Shown: one piece after another, positions 1 through 13,289 of the stretch
Position numbering within the stretch: the stretch's first letter is position 1
Layout of the letters: the number at the start of each line of letters is the position of its first letter
NCBI GenBank assembly: GCA_973895155.1
Contig: OZ316892.1
Span: 28,668,307-28,732,306, forward strand
DNA from: Marsupella aquatica
Lineage: Eukaryota > Plantae > Marchantiophyta
Length of the DNA stretch: 64,000 nucleotides
Direction of reading: 5' to 3'
Notes under the pieces: model-generated
Told to the model about the DNA's origin: nothing
Seen by the model: the letters and a program-made list of their open reading frames with translations, nothing else
Databases searched by the model: none
Made by a program: the position numbers and the translations under genes

Positions 1-420
1 GTCACGTAGCTCCGGCTTGACGGCCTTTGCAGACTCGCGAAAGAACATCGGAATCGTCGACAGGACCTCGCTCTTCTCGTGAATTGAAATGGTGCTCCAG
101 CTTAGCTTTCTCGGTAAGCATGGTGCAGTGCTTTTGTGACGTGGATTTTTGGTCTTCGAGTTTTGGTATTGTTGGTTGTAGGGCGTTAGTGGTAGGGTTG
201 CAGACAAGAAGGGGAGTGGATTTCTTTTAGGCTATGGCGGAAGGGGTGGTGCTTTGGTAGTGATCGATTGGTTGGGCGTTTGTCCCCGACCTGGAGCCTT
301 CATCTCAAACGTCTTATGTGGGCTTCGCACTCGCTCACTGTGTTTTACCAATCCCGCCTCTGTGTTGAATGAAGGGATTGACGGATTGACGGAAGGTTTG
401 GCAATCTGTCAATGAAGTCG
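1..420 (+). repeat. Diverged duplicate of the SC35 5'UTR exon and start of its 5'UTR intron (original about 4311-4825)
   Basis: Colinear blocks shared with 4311-4825, e.g. AGACAAGAAG.GGAGTGGATTTCTTTT.GGCTATGG, GAGCCTTCAT.TCAAACGTCTTATGTGGG and CGGAAGGTTTGGC.ATC.GTC.ATGAAG. The splice donor is kept (CTCG|GTAAGC at 114 vs CTCG|GTACGC at 4432). Confidence 0.85.
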
Positions 421-1240
421 TTGGCAAGGCACGTCGCCCACGTCGGACCCTTTGCACCAACCTCACTGTGAAATCGTGTGCTCACACAAATGGGTCTCTG
501 CTGAGGAGCCTCTGTGCAAATGTCCCCAACTGCGAAATCTCCCGCTGTCTTGCTCTTGTAGAAATCATGTGCTTCTCTTAGTTCTTGAGCGACTTCTGTT
601 CTGAGCACATAGTTAATGTGTTCAGACTCATCTCCCTTCAATTTTCGCGAGGATTGTGGATGCTTTAGGCCATTTGGGTCAGATTATAACACCAGGATTA
701 AAACACCCGATTGATTAGGAAAGGAGTAAACAATGCCGCTCTGAGAACCAGCTTCACATGTCTGGCTTCGAGTCCGTCGCATTTTTTCTGTACTACATCA
801 AGGGGCAATGTTGCTCTTCAAACCTTTTTCTACACCTGGGGCTCGAATTCCCCATGTGAAATTTTTCAAGGATTGAGGCAGGGACTTACGTTAGAGTAGT
901 CCTTCAACTTCGCTGCGCTGTGATTAATCTTCTCGGTTATGAGCTTAGATTTCAGTCCATGATGTGCTTTGACCCGAGTGGATATGGTACTGTCTATCAG
1001 CTATACGTCGTAGAGAGTCTCTGACCTAATTGCTCGTCCTGCACCTCCCACTTAGTGTGGTTTTTGAGCCCATAACTATTCCTCCACCAGCTTTGGAACA
1101 GGAGTGGGCTCCTGAAACCACTCCACCAATTGAGGCTGCCACATTTGAAACTTTTGGTCATCTGATTAGCGCCGTCTCCTCGGACGCAGTGGAGAATGCT
1201 TCCTCAAACTCAAAACATGTCAACTTTATAAAGTGTCTTG

Positions 1241-1752
1241 ATGATGGAGAAAGGTAGCAGTAAAGGAAGACAGAAAGTGCGCTTTGCTCCTCAGGAGTAT
1301 TTCTTGCCTCGCCGACCTCTTCACGTTTCCATAGTTGTGAATGGGGCCTGCATACTGGCTGGTTTGGGAGCTGGAATGTTGATAGAGAAGTGGATTTCTG
1401 CCAAAGTGAAAGGTGTGTTTCTCGTGATCCCGCACCATTTTCAAATTAAGTTCTATACTGCAATAAAGTCGAGGCCTCCAGCTTGGAAATAGAGGTACTC
1501 ATAACACTCTAGATTTTTTGGTTGCTTGTCTGCGGTTCCAATAATGTTTGTGAGCTTAGAATGAGGTGTAGGTGTACGTTTAGACATTAAGTCTCAGTGG
1601 GCTACTCATAATTATTTTCCTGATAAATGTTCTGGTTAGTCATCTGATCATATTTGCTGCCCTTGTCTACAGAGGATGGGGGTTACATTACCATAGGATC
1701 GAAAAAGGAGGAAGTTTCTGAAACCGTTGCTACTGCTCCTCTTCAGCAGTGA
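1241..1752 (+). CDS. Small single-TM plant protein, 2 exons (1241-1412, 1673-1752)
   Basis: GT-AG intron (AAAG|GTGTGT ... CTACAG|AG) joins VVNGACILAGLGAGMLIEKWISAKVK to EDGGYITIG...QQ* in frame. A hydrophobic helix followed by WIxxKVKEDGG resembles a small conserved plant family (from memory). Start codon uncertain. Confidence 0.6.
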
Positions 1753-3544
1753 ACATATACTTCTATAGATTCCTTAGTTACAATCATATTTAGCGAGGTA
1801 CTGAACCTCGTTATTGGCAGAGGACTCTATAGTAGCTTTTGGTATAGATTACTTTGTATGTGAAGCATAAAGGGGGCACCTATGACAGCTCGAAACAGGG
1901 CAGGTCAAATCCTTTGATGGGCTCAATTTACATTGACTGATTTATCTGATTTGTGGAACTTACTCTGCTCACTCATATCGGGCCCGACTAATCAGATGAT
2001 GTGGGTCTCATTCTCATCTCTTTTAAGCTTTGCCATAGATTTTGGAAATGTGCCGCTGTTCGGATCCTTTTTTCAACTACCAATGTGATGTACACACGGC
2101 TTTCTCTATCATGGTCTTTATATGCACTTATTCCAAATTTCAACTTTTTTATTCAAATCGAATAGAACTCTACAATAGCTCTTTTAGAAAACAACTGTTA
2201 TAGTATATTGCACCATCCAGGGTAATGGGGAAAACACACTATAGGGTAACCTCGACGACACTAATCTGGTAAGATCATCCAAGATGTCTGCAACATTTTA
2301 TGATTGTTAGTGGAGCACGGACAGTTATACAAAATAAACTGCAGTTCTTTTCGGTGAATGCCAATCTTTGAATCGAGCGGTTTTCTGCATTTGAATCAAC
2401 AGTGGAAGCCATACAGAGGAGAAGCAGAGTTGACAAACTAGACACAATTGCCTTGAGTCTAAAACAGTGCCGTTTGCAAACTGGGAATGAAGTAGAAGAT
2501 TGCTCTGTCACTCCACCCATCTGTGACTTTACAGGAGTGGACAAAATGTGTTTGATATGAAACTTCAGCAACCAGGTTGCCCAGCCCAAACTTCAGCAAC
2601 TATTTCATACTCTTGAGCTACTACTCTACTTATGGGCAGCTGTGCATTACCTGAGACCAAAAAAATTCAAAATGCAACCCACGCCCCCACCCCCTTGGAT
2701 TGCAGCAAAACTTAAAGCTGCATTCGAACCCTACAATGTATCCTATCATCTTCCACTCCCTTGAATTGCAGCAACAGTAGAGCTCCTACCAAACCTACAA
2801 TTGTATCCTATCAGTGTTTATTCCAGAGAATTGAAAAACGATGGGGAGATGGCTCCCACCTATACTGAGCCTTGAACAGCCTTGCTCCTCTCCTCCCTCA
2901 TCAGCCTGTCTCCACCATCACAAGGAAATCAGGGCATCCAACAAAAGGCCTCACGTTAGTCAAGCATGGGAAATGGGACCTGAACTGATCCGCCTGTATC
3001 AAAGGGGCCAATGGCAAGAAAGTCCAAAAGTGCCCTGTCCAAGGCAAAGTCAAAACAATGCTCCTTGGGTAAAAGCATGGGAAATGGGACCCAAGGTGAC
3101 CTGCCTGTACTATAGAGTGAAACCTCCAGACAATGATTCTAAGTAAGGTCAATAAAAAATGTTTTGTTTTGACAAAACACATGGATGTGGGTAATATGAC
3201 TCTAAGGAGAACTGAAAGTGAGGGTGCATAAAACAGGGTATGGGGGCAAAGAAATTATTTTGCAATGTAGTTTTTGCTGTCACCTTTATCCATGTTCAAG
3301 GAACTGGTAACTAGGCTACTGACACTAAAAAAGATGAATGTTAAGGAACTTTATTTTAATCTTCTTTTTTTGCCATCACCTTTATTTTCATTCAAAGAAA
3401 GAGTAATTAGGCTAACACTAACAAAGATGATAGGTAAGGTAGTTGATTTTGCAATGCATCTTTTCTGGCCATCAGTCATCTTCAGTAAATTTCTGTCACC
3501 TTCAGTAAATTTGAGACGCCCTAAAATACATATAATAAGTCGTG

Positions 3545-3960
3545 TCAAAACAATAAGTCAGACACGGCCAAAGCCATAAAACTGCTTTATGGCCCCAATG
3601 GCGTGTCAAAATTCTCCCGTAACCAAAGTGTTATGACTTAATTTTTTTGGATGTATCACCCTGATGAAATATGTATTTTGGTAGCCCATAGTGATTTTGC
3701 CCTGGCCATAACAACAATTTATGTCCTGAGCCATAATTGAGTTATAATTGTGCTTTGACATCCACTAGTAAGTCAGCCAACTTGAGTTATGGTTATGATT
3801 TGACACCCATGTGCTTTGACACCCACCTATAATTAGACCAAATTGAATTATAGTTATGCTTTGACACCCACTAATAAGTCGGCCAACTTGAGTTATGCTT
3901 ATGATTTGACACCACTAATAAGTGAGATAGGGCCAAGGCCATAAAACTGCTTTATGGCCC
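3545..3960. repeat. Degenerate tandem repeats (TTTGACACCCAC..TAATAAGTC..GAGTTAT) of a probable DNA transposon remnant
   Basis: Repeated TTTGACACCCAC and GAGTTATA/G units; CCATAAAACTGCTTTATGGCCC occurs at about 3574 and about 3939. Confidence 0.6.
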
Positions 3961-4965
3961 GCACATAAAGCGCGACCGTATCTAAATACAAACCCACCCA
4001 TAGTATTTTGCCCGTGGCGATCGTTTCACACGCCCTAAAATTGGAATGCCCGACTCCCGCCCGTCCGCCGTGGAGCCCGCACCCGGCCCCAGGTTAGCCA
4101 GCTCCGGTTAGCCAGGCGTCGGCTGCCTCTTCGACGTTTCTACAAGGCATGCATTCTTCCTCTTTCTTCCCCTCGCCTTCTTTCTCGTTCTCCCTCTCGT
4201 GTATATCACTGTACCAGTCTCGTCTCCTGTCTGGCTTCATCGCCTCGCTCCCACGACGAGCTTCATCGCCTTCGTCGTTTCCTCCCCTCTCCTCTCCTCT
4301 CCTCCGTTACGTACGTAGCTCGGGCATGCCGGCCGTTGCGGAATCGCGGAACAGCATCGGAGTCGTCCGCAGGACCTTCGCTGTCCTCGACTCCTCCTGA
4401 ATTGAATTGGTTCTCCAGCTCGGCTTTCTCGGTACGCGTGGTGGAGTGTTTTTGTGACGTGGTGTTTTTGTCCCTCAGGTTTTGGTGTCGTTGGTTTTAG
4501 GGCGTTAGCGTTAGGGTTGGAGACAAGAAGTGGAGTGGATTTCTTTTGGGCTATGGCTGAAGAGGTGGTGCTTTGGTGCTGATCGTTCGGTCGGGCGTTG
4601 TCCCCGTCTTTGAGCCTTCATTTCAAACGTCTTATGTGGGTGTCGCACTCGCTTGCTGTGTTTCACCTATTTTGGGAATTGATAGACGAGGCTTTTGTAG
4701 GGATTGGTCTGTCTTTCTGCATCTTGGAGAGTCAGTGGCTTGGGAGTCCATAGCCCGTCTCTTATCTCGAGTGAAGGGATAGACGGACCGGCGGAAGGTT
4801 TGGCGATCGGTCGATGAAGCAGTTTTTTAGGAAGGCTGACTGACTGGGGTTTTGTTTGGTCGGTTGGGCAGGCCTTGAGTTTGATATCTGGTCGGTTGCG
4901 CAAGAGAGAGGGAGAGAAAACAGAAGGATTGCTGTGAAGAAGAGCGGCATAGAAAGGGAAAGAAG

Positions 4966-7900
4966 ATGTCACACTTCGGGAGTGCCGGCCCTCCGGACAT
5001 TCGAGACACCCATTCGCTCCTCGTGCTTAACATCACTTTTCGTAAGTTTTCCCACTACCTCTGCCGCTGTGGGGTTCTCAAGCTTGCCGTGGTATGACAG
5101 CTTTTGTTAAAGTTACGGATAACGGTTTTCTTTAGGTCTACCGGGTTGATGATTCTGCACATAAGCTCACGATAATATCCTGGCACCATTGTACGGATTG
5201 TGTTTGCATGTGTCTTCTGGAGGGATTAGGTTAAATTTCTAGGCTGGAATTTTCATCGCTCCCTCGTATCAGAGAAATTTTCCACCATTTGAATAGTTTC
5301 AACTGTCAATGTGTCCTTCATTCCACGATTAGTTACTATGCTGATTGGTACATCCCGAACGAGGGTTATCGAATCGTGGGTAAAATGTGAGGGATCTTCT
5401 GATAGTGGATGCCAAGCATGCAGAGGCTTAAGGGGTTGTGTGCTTTGCCGAATCAGTACGTGAAATTGGAGAGGTTATCTTATCGTGCATGTCATGCATG
5501 TAGTGGCTAAATCTGATATTAGCGTGTTGGTGGCTTCAGGGACAAGTGCCGACGATCTCTATCCTCTATTTGACAGATATGGAAAAGTTGTCGACATATT
5601 CATCCCGAGGGATCGAAGGCAATTTCCCAAGCTTATCTTTCGTCATTTTGGACCTCAATTGCTTGATATGTGGGATCCATTTGATGTATAGGAACGCGAC
5701 CCAGAAGTAAGACGGTACTATGAGAAGATTCCCTCGTTAGACTACTTCTAAAGTGATGTTTTGGAAGTGGACTCCAAAAGTGGAGTGCAATTTCTTGACT
5801 GTGCTGTGAGAACGTGATCGCATTGGATTGTTTGCCGAGTGATGTTTTGGAATGTAATTCAGTAATGGGAGTGAAGTTTCTGGACCGTTTTGTACGATTG
5901 TGGTCTCATTGGGATGATATTCAATGCAGGACTGGAGAGTCTCGTGGCTTTGCTTTTGTTCGGTACAAGTATGCCGAGGAAGCACAGAAGGCAATTGAGC
6001 GGCTAGATGGTAAAGCTTTTGAGTCATTCTCATTACCTGTGGTGAAAGTTTCCCCCACCTGAATTGAGGACGCTGCATGGATGGAATGTTGATGCGACAC
6101 ACAGAAGAATAGAGCAGCGCAGCTGTGCGTCTTCGTTCTGAGCTGCTGAGTTTGTTTGTCTTCAAAGATTGGCCACTATAAGAGATTATGCAACATGGAG
6201 ATGGGGACTCTTGAAGCTGTACATGAAGATGATTTGCAGCTGACCTCTAAAAGCTGAGTCAAATGAAGAGCCTTGGCAGCTGACCTGTGCCGATTATGCG
6301 ATTGTGCCGAATTCCCATGATGCAGGCAGGAATGTGGACGGACGTGATATGGTAGTTCAGTACGCCAAATACGGTCGGGATATGGAGACAATGTAAGTAG
6401 ACTATTCAGGACAATCATCTTGTAAAGCTGATGTCGATTGGTCTCGAAGGGTGAATCCTGTCCCATCTTATATGGCATAGCCTCTACATCGTTTGTACGC
6501 TTCTCGACGAGGAGAGCTATGTTCAAACTTTTTAGTGTATAGGTTGCAACGAAACCAAAATCTGGTGATCAATTGCAGATCATTCTTCGCCTTGTTAAAC
6601 GGATTGTGTCAAATTTTGTTGAAATTCTGTTTTTGTGTTTGTGGGTGGCCTTGTTGCAGCCATCGCGGAAAAATCACGCAGGGGAGTCCATCGAAGTGGA
6701 GTAGATCAAGGAGCAGGAGTCCACGTAGAGCAAGACCCAGGTGGGTTTTTTCCCTTCATCTTCCATCGCATGGTTATGTTTGGGGTTGGTAAACGTTTGC
6801 ATTAATTATGTCTAATTTTTGTGATGATTTGGTAGTTCATTAAAAATTAAGATCCCGTGTTCACTTGCCAGAAGCCCTGTCAGAGGAGGCAGAAGAGGAA
6901 ACGTTGGCCCTCCATCAAATCAGTATCCTTCTCCTCCACGCGGAAGGGACCGTTATGCAGGGGCACCACCCCCAAGGTAAACTCAAGGACTTTTCTGAAA
7001 GAAATGGAGGACGTAAAGTCACAGAGTAGCTTGCTCAGCTGAATATCAAATGTTCAAACTCAAAAGAAGTATTTATGTCTCCCATACTTATCAAAGATAA
7101 TGTATCCCTTACCATGTACTTGTTGATTAGAGCCCTTGTGGAATACCCAAAGACGAATGCCACGGTTCTGGTCATTGATCATGTGAGTTTGGGCAATGTA
7201 TTAAGAGATCAAGTAATCTTTTGAATCTGCAAAGTTTGTTGAACTTGGCTGATGTGTTTCATGTGACCATAGCAGTGGAAGGCATCGTGATGAGTACCGT
7301 GAAAGAGACAGGGATCACCGACATCGGAGCCGCAGTCGGGATCGATACGAGAGGTCTGACCGCTATCGTGAGCGGGACAGAGATCATCGTCGGCGGAGCC
7401 CCAGCCGCAGTGCCAGTCGGAGCCGAAGCCGAAGCCGTGGGCGAGCTGAACTAGACCATGGGCGCTCTCAAAGCAAAGTGGTTGAGAGAGAACCCTCCCC
7501 TCAAGTCAGGAGGTGAGCTTCATCAGTCTCTAACGACTGCCTCACAACAGCGTCACTTCCATGCCCAGTGCATTACCCTCCTGCAGACCAAAAGATCGCG
7601 GCTTGCTTTAGAATCCACACTACCCTGTTTGGTCGTGCACAGCTAGAGAATGAACACGTAATTGCACGCCATTTCGCTCAATAAATAATCCACTATCAAA
7701 AGGCTATCCTTAGTGCTAAAACTTCGTACCCAATAATTGGAGCACGAGAAATGCTTGGTCGTCTGGAGAATGAATATTCTTAAAGAAGTTTTGCATTTAT
7801 ACTAAACATTTTCGATCTATTAATGTTTACAGTCGAATGCTTGTTGAGATATCCCTTTGCGCACCCTATGGAGCTGTATCGCCTCTACCTTCAGATAGTT

Positions 7901-8297
7901 CTAACATTTTGCCACGTCACAGTAGAAAACTTGTCCGGAGGGGGAGTGACAGTATCAGTCGCAGTCCAAGGGATCGTAGATCTACAGAACCTTTGATTCT
8001 TTGAATGAACCTTGTTGATGGGAAGCTTTTTCAATAACTATGGTACTCCCTTGTGGCCACAGGAACAGTGCATCTCCAAAGCAAAGCAGCCTTTCGCCAG
8101 GAAATCAGCGTTTGTCTCCAGCTAGGAAAAGCCTGTCTCCTGCCGAACGAGAGAGCTTGTCACCAGTAAGGAGCGCCTCCCCAGCCCCGGCCCGCAGAAG
8201 TGTCTCACCAGTGCAACGGAGTGCTTCTCGTTCACCCTCACCTCGAAGACATACAGCCAGTCTGACCCCCGAACCGCAGAGTCCATACCAGGACTAA
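4966..8297 (+). CDS. SC35: Serine/arginine-rich splicing factor, SC35 (SRSF2) type. Exons 4966-5041, 5540-5618, 5930-6009, 6326-6392, 6660-6740, 6872-6976, 7273-7512, 8063-8297
   Basis: Spliced product MSHFGSAGPPDIRDTHSLLVLNITFRTSADDLYPLFDRYGKVVDIFIPRDRRTGESRGFAFVRYKYAEEAQKAIERLDGRNVDGRDMVVQYAKYG is the plant SC35 RRM (RNP1 RGFAFVRY), followed by an RS/SP-rich tail. All junctions are in frame; intron 2 is GC-AG. Confidence 0.93.
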
Positions 8298-9449
8298 GGT
8301 ACTGCAGTCTATGGAAAATTATCATTTTCATTAGTATTTGGAAGGAAAGGAGCAGCTGACGACATTGCATTGGTTCTGAATGGATATTGTTCCTGACCGC
8401 TGGAGCCGTGTTTATGCAGGGCTCCTCCGTAGGCAAGTATCCATGGATGTTGTTAGGGATATGCGTCGTCCTCAAAAAGGTGGTTCTCTGTAGCCTTTGT
8501 GTGCTCTTGGAGGGCTCACATGGTAAAAGGTATCAGTGTTTACAAGCTGGTATAAATACATGCAGTAGTTGCAGGCTCAAGCTCTAGTGCAACACTGTTG
8601 TCTGGAGCTGGGCAGGGTCGGGATATGCGCATAGCCTGTCTAAGGCAAGAATTGTGGTGGTGTGCTGGTTAGTCTGTCTACCTGGATTCATATTTTTCCC
8701 TTCTTGACACGACCTAGTTTTGATTGTAGTAGTAGCTTCGGTTCAGAAATGTAGTGTTTGGTTCTTCTTAGCTATGGATCAAGTAGAGACTTTGACAACT
8801 GCCATTTCTGGCAGCACTGTGGACAAACTGGACAAGTTGTTACATATTATAACTCTAGGAGCGATTATTGAGTTGGGTGTTATGTGTATAGTCCCTTCTT
8901 TTGGGCTGAGGTGTTCGAAGGATATTAAGCAGTAAACCTATGTCATGTATGCTTCACTTGGCCCAACCCATTTTCCCTGGGATCGATAGATAGTGCTCTA
9001 AATCCTTACACCTGGGTTGTGATAGTGCTGAGTGGGGCCGTGGGAACACTGCGGTAGCTGCGGTGGCCACATGGTGCTGACGCTGCCCTGGGGAGTAATG
9101 CTGCCTTCTGGATGCTGCTGTAGCTGCTTTGTGGGAGAGTTGGAGCAAAAGTGTGCACTTCATTATGCTGATTCTTTGAATGTTGCTGTCCAACACTGCA
9201 TATGGAGACAGGTTTCTGCAGGAAACTTTCTGTGGAGTCTAATGATGTTGGTATGCAGCTTCTCACTAGACAGTTGCGATGCTGATCTCTAAAAAAAGCT
9301 AACCTGGTTGTTCATCTTATCTGTTGACCTGTGCTAGTATTGCTGGTAGTTGCTAGTTTTGTCAGGTGCAAGGTGTTATATGTTTTCCATTCCAACTCTA
9401 TGCACTCTCAAAAGAGAGCATCCTGTCTTGGTCTCTGCTCTCAATCTCA

Positions 9450-12400
9450 GATGATACAAGTGGCAAGGTGCTGACAACTCTTGGTCACGGATTATAGTTC
9501 GAATTTGTCGTGAGCAAGCGTGAATTGAGGAACCGTTGTAGCCTAGCATTGCTTAATGATGGACCGGTAGGTGAAATGTAAGCAGTGTTAACAACTTTGC
9601 CGATGGCGCGATTGGGAGCTGGTAGCAAGGGACAAGTATTAATATGAAGCTGCTGCTGCGAAAAGATCTTCTCATCGCGAGATCCAAGGAGGGTGAGATT
9701 TTTTGACTGGGTTTATGTATTTCATAATGGTACTGGTAAGGTATCTTTGTACAATCTTACCCATGTAGTCTTGTAGACACAATGTCCAGTCTCAGGGGTG
9801 GAAGGGTGTTTGTGTAGTTGATTTTGTTAGGGTGTCTATTGTGGTTTAGTTCTTGCCTTGCAGTCCTTTTACGCAATAGGCGGGCACGTCCCTTAGAAGG
9901 GCTCGAGTCAAGCTTGTTTGCAGGTATGGAGTAGCTATCACCAATCTGTAATTTAAAATTGACATAATGAATATTCAGACATTGTAATTACAATGTCGAA
10001 TCAAGGCGCTCTTGAAATCATGATTGAGAATGACCTACGTACAATCACCCGAGGGGTGGTAGCACATGGGCTGGGCCATCTTTTGACCACGGGATTTCGA
10101 GATAAATTAGAGAGTTCTTCGTCTACTATCAAGAAATCCACGTCTCATTCCAATTCTTCGGCCGTATTGCATGATGTGACATCGTCAGAGATCAGCCGTT
10201 TGTCCTATGCTCACATATCAGTAGCTGGAAGGTCGTCTGGCGGGTCCTTCCGCATCAAAGATAACACAACGGCCCCCTTTTCACTTGCCTTGGCCGGGAG
10301 TACCCTCCCTTCGTGAAACAAAATGCTCTTCACTATCCATGCTATTTCGCATATACTTATGCTCCAGCACAAGACCTCGACGATGACAAGCAGTCCGGTA
10401 TAACATTCCTATCTGAAAGTGCAAAAATCTGAATTTCACTTACCATCAAGGATAATAGATAGTTCGAACTGATGGGTAGCGCATAGACACAATCAAGAAA
10501 TTATCTCTTATATCACCAAGAGTAGGGATAGGACTCGCAAACTGATTGGCAGCGCAGTGACACAACCAGCAAATCATGACTCACTAGCGGAAGTGAATCA
10601 CCTCTTCCCTCTTCTTTAGCAATACAACTACTCATTGGCGACGATGGTTGGACTAATACGACTCGTCCATCACCTTTGACATACAAGTACTGTACATTCA
10701 CGACAATGATCGGTGTGTAGGACGACACAGTCCCACAAAGGATCGCAAACCATACCACTCCTGCAACACGCATCCTCAATTCGAATCCATGTAGCCGGGG
10801 TCCCTAAGTCAGGAGTACTAGCGAACCCCACGTCATCTTCCACAACCTCCTTCACAAGCTTGTACACTTTGAATTCGAACCAGACCTATCTTTCGCCATG
10901 CCCAACTCTGAAGTGTGTAGCACCTGCAGCTCCTTGGTATAAGTTGGAGTTGTCTCCATATATGTAACACAATGACTCAGATAACGAAGTGACTTTTCTG
11001 TCACGGAGTCAGGCAATCTCCCTACCGGTTCTGATGAGTATATATCTCCAAGGATTGCAGATTCCTCAATTTGCTGAAGGATTCAGGCAGAGAGTGCAAA
11101 TCGTCACAGTAAATTAATCTCAGGTGGTGTAACGTCGAGAGTGATCCGAAGGTTTCAGGCAGATTTTCCAATCTACAACACTCTTAGTTTTCGCGGCATG
11201 AATTATTGTAGAGCGCCGGCTGAAAATAAGGAGAATGAACAGACTACAAATAAACCCCACTGTAGATTTGTAGTGGACCCATTACATAAATTCACTCGCC
11301 CTCTCTACAATGACTGTCCATAAGATTTGAAGAAGTGTTCATTCGATTTAGTCCAATTCCCCGGGCTCAAAGCAGCCGAAGAGACCACATTAGCTACGTA
11401 GCAGTTTCTCCCTTCTAGTCTGGTAGACTTGAGGCCCAACCTCGTTGTCTAGTGTCTGTTGTGGTGCAGCACTTGCGTGGTAGTGCCCTCTTCCCACAAC
11501 AGGGCTGGCATTTGGAGGTAGAGGCGCTCGAGTCAAGGCTTGTTTGCATATGGAGCACCTGTCTCCAATCTGTAAATATATCTTGCGTGATGAATTTTCA
11601 GACAGGGTAGTTCCTGGGAGAAAAACTCTTATCATAACTCTCATAAACTACGTTCGAACCTCCTCAAGGTTGTACGCACACAGGGTGGTATCATCTTTTG
11701 ACCATGGGAAGTACACTAGCAAGTTCTTCCTCCGCATTCAAGAATTGCATGTGGCCATCTCATTCAATTCCTTGATCACACTGAATTGTGTGACGATGTC
11801 CTATGACAACTGTTTACGATGGATTGAAGAGTTACAGAACTTTTGCGCAGAATCAGCTCTAGCGAAGAGAATCTGGCCCTGAGAAATGATGAGGAACAGG
11901 GTGGACACCCAAGAAAGTAGTAATCAGCAATTGGTACATGTCGTGACATTTGTTTTTCAGAGAGCATACATCAGCCTCTTAAAGGGGCCTTTACAAGAAC
12001 TGGGCCACATTTCTTTTTTTCATTCTGTGAATCCTAGTCATTCAAATGCAAGAATAGACTTCATTTTACATGAACTTGGGACACAATGAGGGAAACCTAT
12101 TAGGGATCCAGTCACATGAACTTGAGGACACAATGATGGAAACCTATTAGGGATCCAGTCACCTGCTAGTGGTCCCTTGTTTAAGGTGAAGTATATGTCA
12201 AGCTTTTTTGTCAACAACTTATACTTCCTCTAAGTTGATTGTCTTTTATCAACTCGTGATGTCTTGTACGTGTAGTGTATGATCCAGTGGACTCTGATGT
12301 TCTGCATTTGTTGTGTAGTCCGAGCCAAAGATTTCTTACAATGTGATCCATGTAAAATCCTAGGTATCTCTCCAGGTCTCATCCACACAAAATCTCACTT

Positions 12401-12950
12401 CTTTGCCAGATACATACAGGAGTATAAAAGGATTTGATGTTTGTCATCCTGCCCATGATGTATGACGTCAATCATGAAGAACAAAAAGTTTCCATGGTCC
12501 GCAAATGGAAAAAGGCACTAAATATATGGCAAGATGACTCTCTGAAAAATTTGAGACTAGGGGATAACCACTTCAAGCCCCCAATTTTGCATAAGCCGAA
12601 GCTACCCATGTAAACGAAGGCATGTAGTGCTTCTTCTTTATCAGCCATTCCTAGACTTTGTTGGTCGAGTGTCCAAAAAGATATATTTAACTCCTCCCGA
12701 ACACATAGTGCCTCTCTTTAAGGTTGCTGCATGAGGTGCATCCTTTTCTCCACAACAATCAGTTTGTCCTTTATATGCCTTTTGCATAAATGGACTCATT
12801 AGCATGAATCCAAAGCCCGCCACAAAGGTTCATAAGGGAGGACCAAAAAATTCTACACCTACATCATTTGAGTTGTGCCTTGAGTTATGCTGCTGGTCAA
12901 ACCTACGAGCTCAGAACCAAGATATATGTCTAGGATTCAAATTATAACTT
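9450..12950 (-). pseudogene. Heavily decayed F-box/LRR-like gene remnants, probably two tandem copies
   Basis: Minus-strand fragments IVLHIWRQL..SWAWRK (about 10870-10975) and LPCLKIHHARYIYRLETGAPY..LERLYLQMP (about 11510-11620). GCTCGAGTCAAG(G)CTTGTTTGCA..CCAATCTGTAA is shared at about 9901 and about 11526. Many stops and frameshifts. Confidence 0.35.
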
Positions 12951-13289
12951 CTAACTTTGGGATTTTGTGCACTGAATGTGGAGTAAATACTGTAGCTTTT
13001 TCTAGGTGTCAGTTCAACTGACGGTTGACCCTGATGTCACTTTCTAATGAGCCAATTTGCCCAGAAAGCATGGTGAACCACAAATCCCTTGTTGGAGAGT
13101 GACTTGACATATGCAAGTAACCAGTTAGTTCTCATAGACAAAGTGATTCTTCTTTCATGATACACCACCCTCTTCAAACTCAATTTGAGGTAAGTTTTCT
13201 GAGAATAATTGGAAAATGACATGGGCATGTCTTACCAATGGTTGTGATCCTTGGAATAATTATATTTGAAATTCCTGTCGGGAAGAAAG

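Noticed and set aside
345-641. 98-aa minus-strand ORF
   Set aside because: Non-ATG start, no recognisable motif, and it runs into the duplicated SC35 intron sequence.
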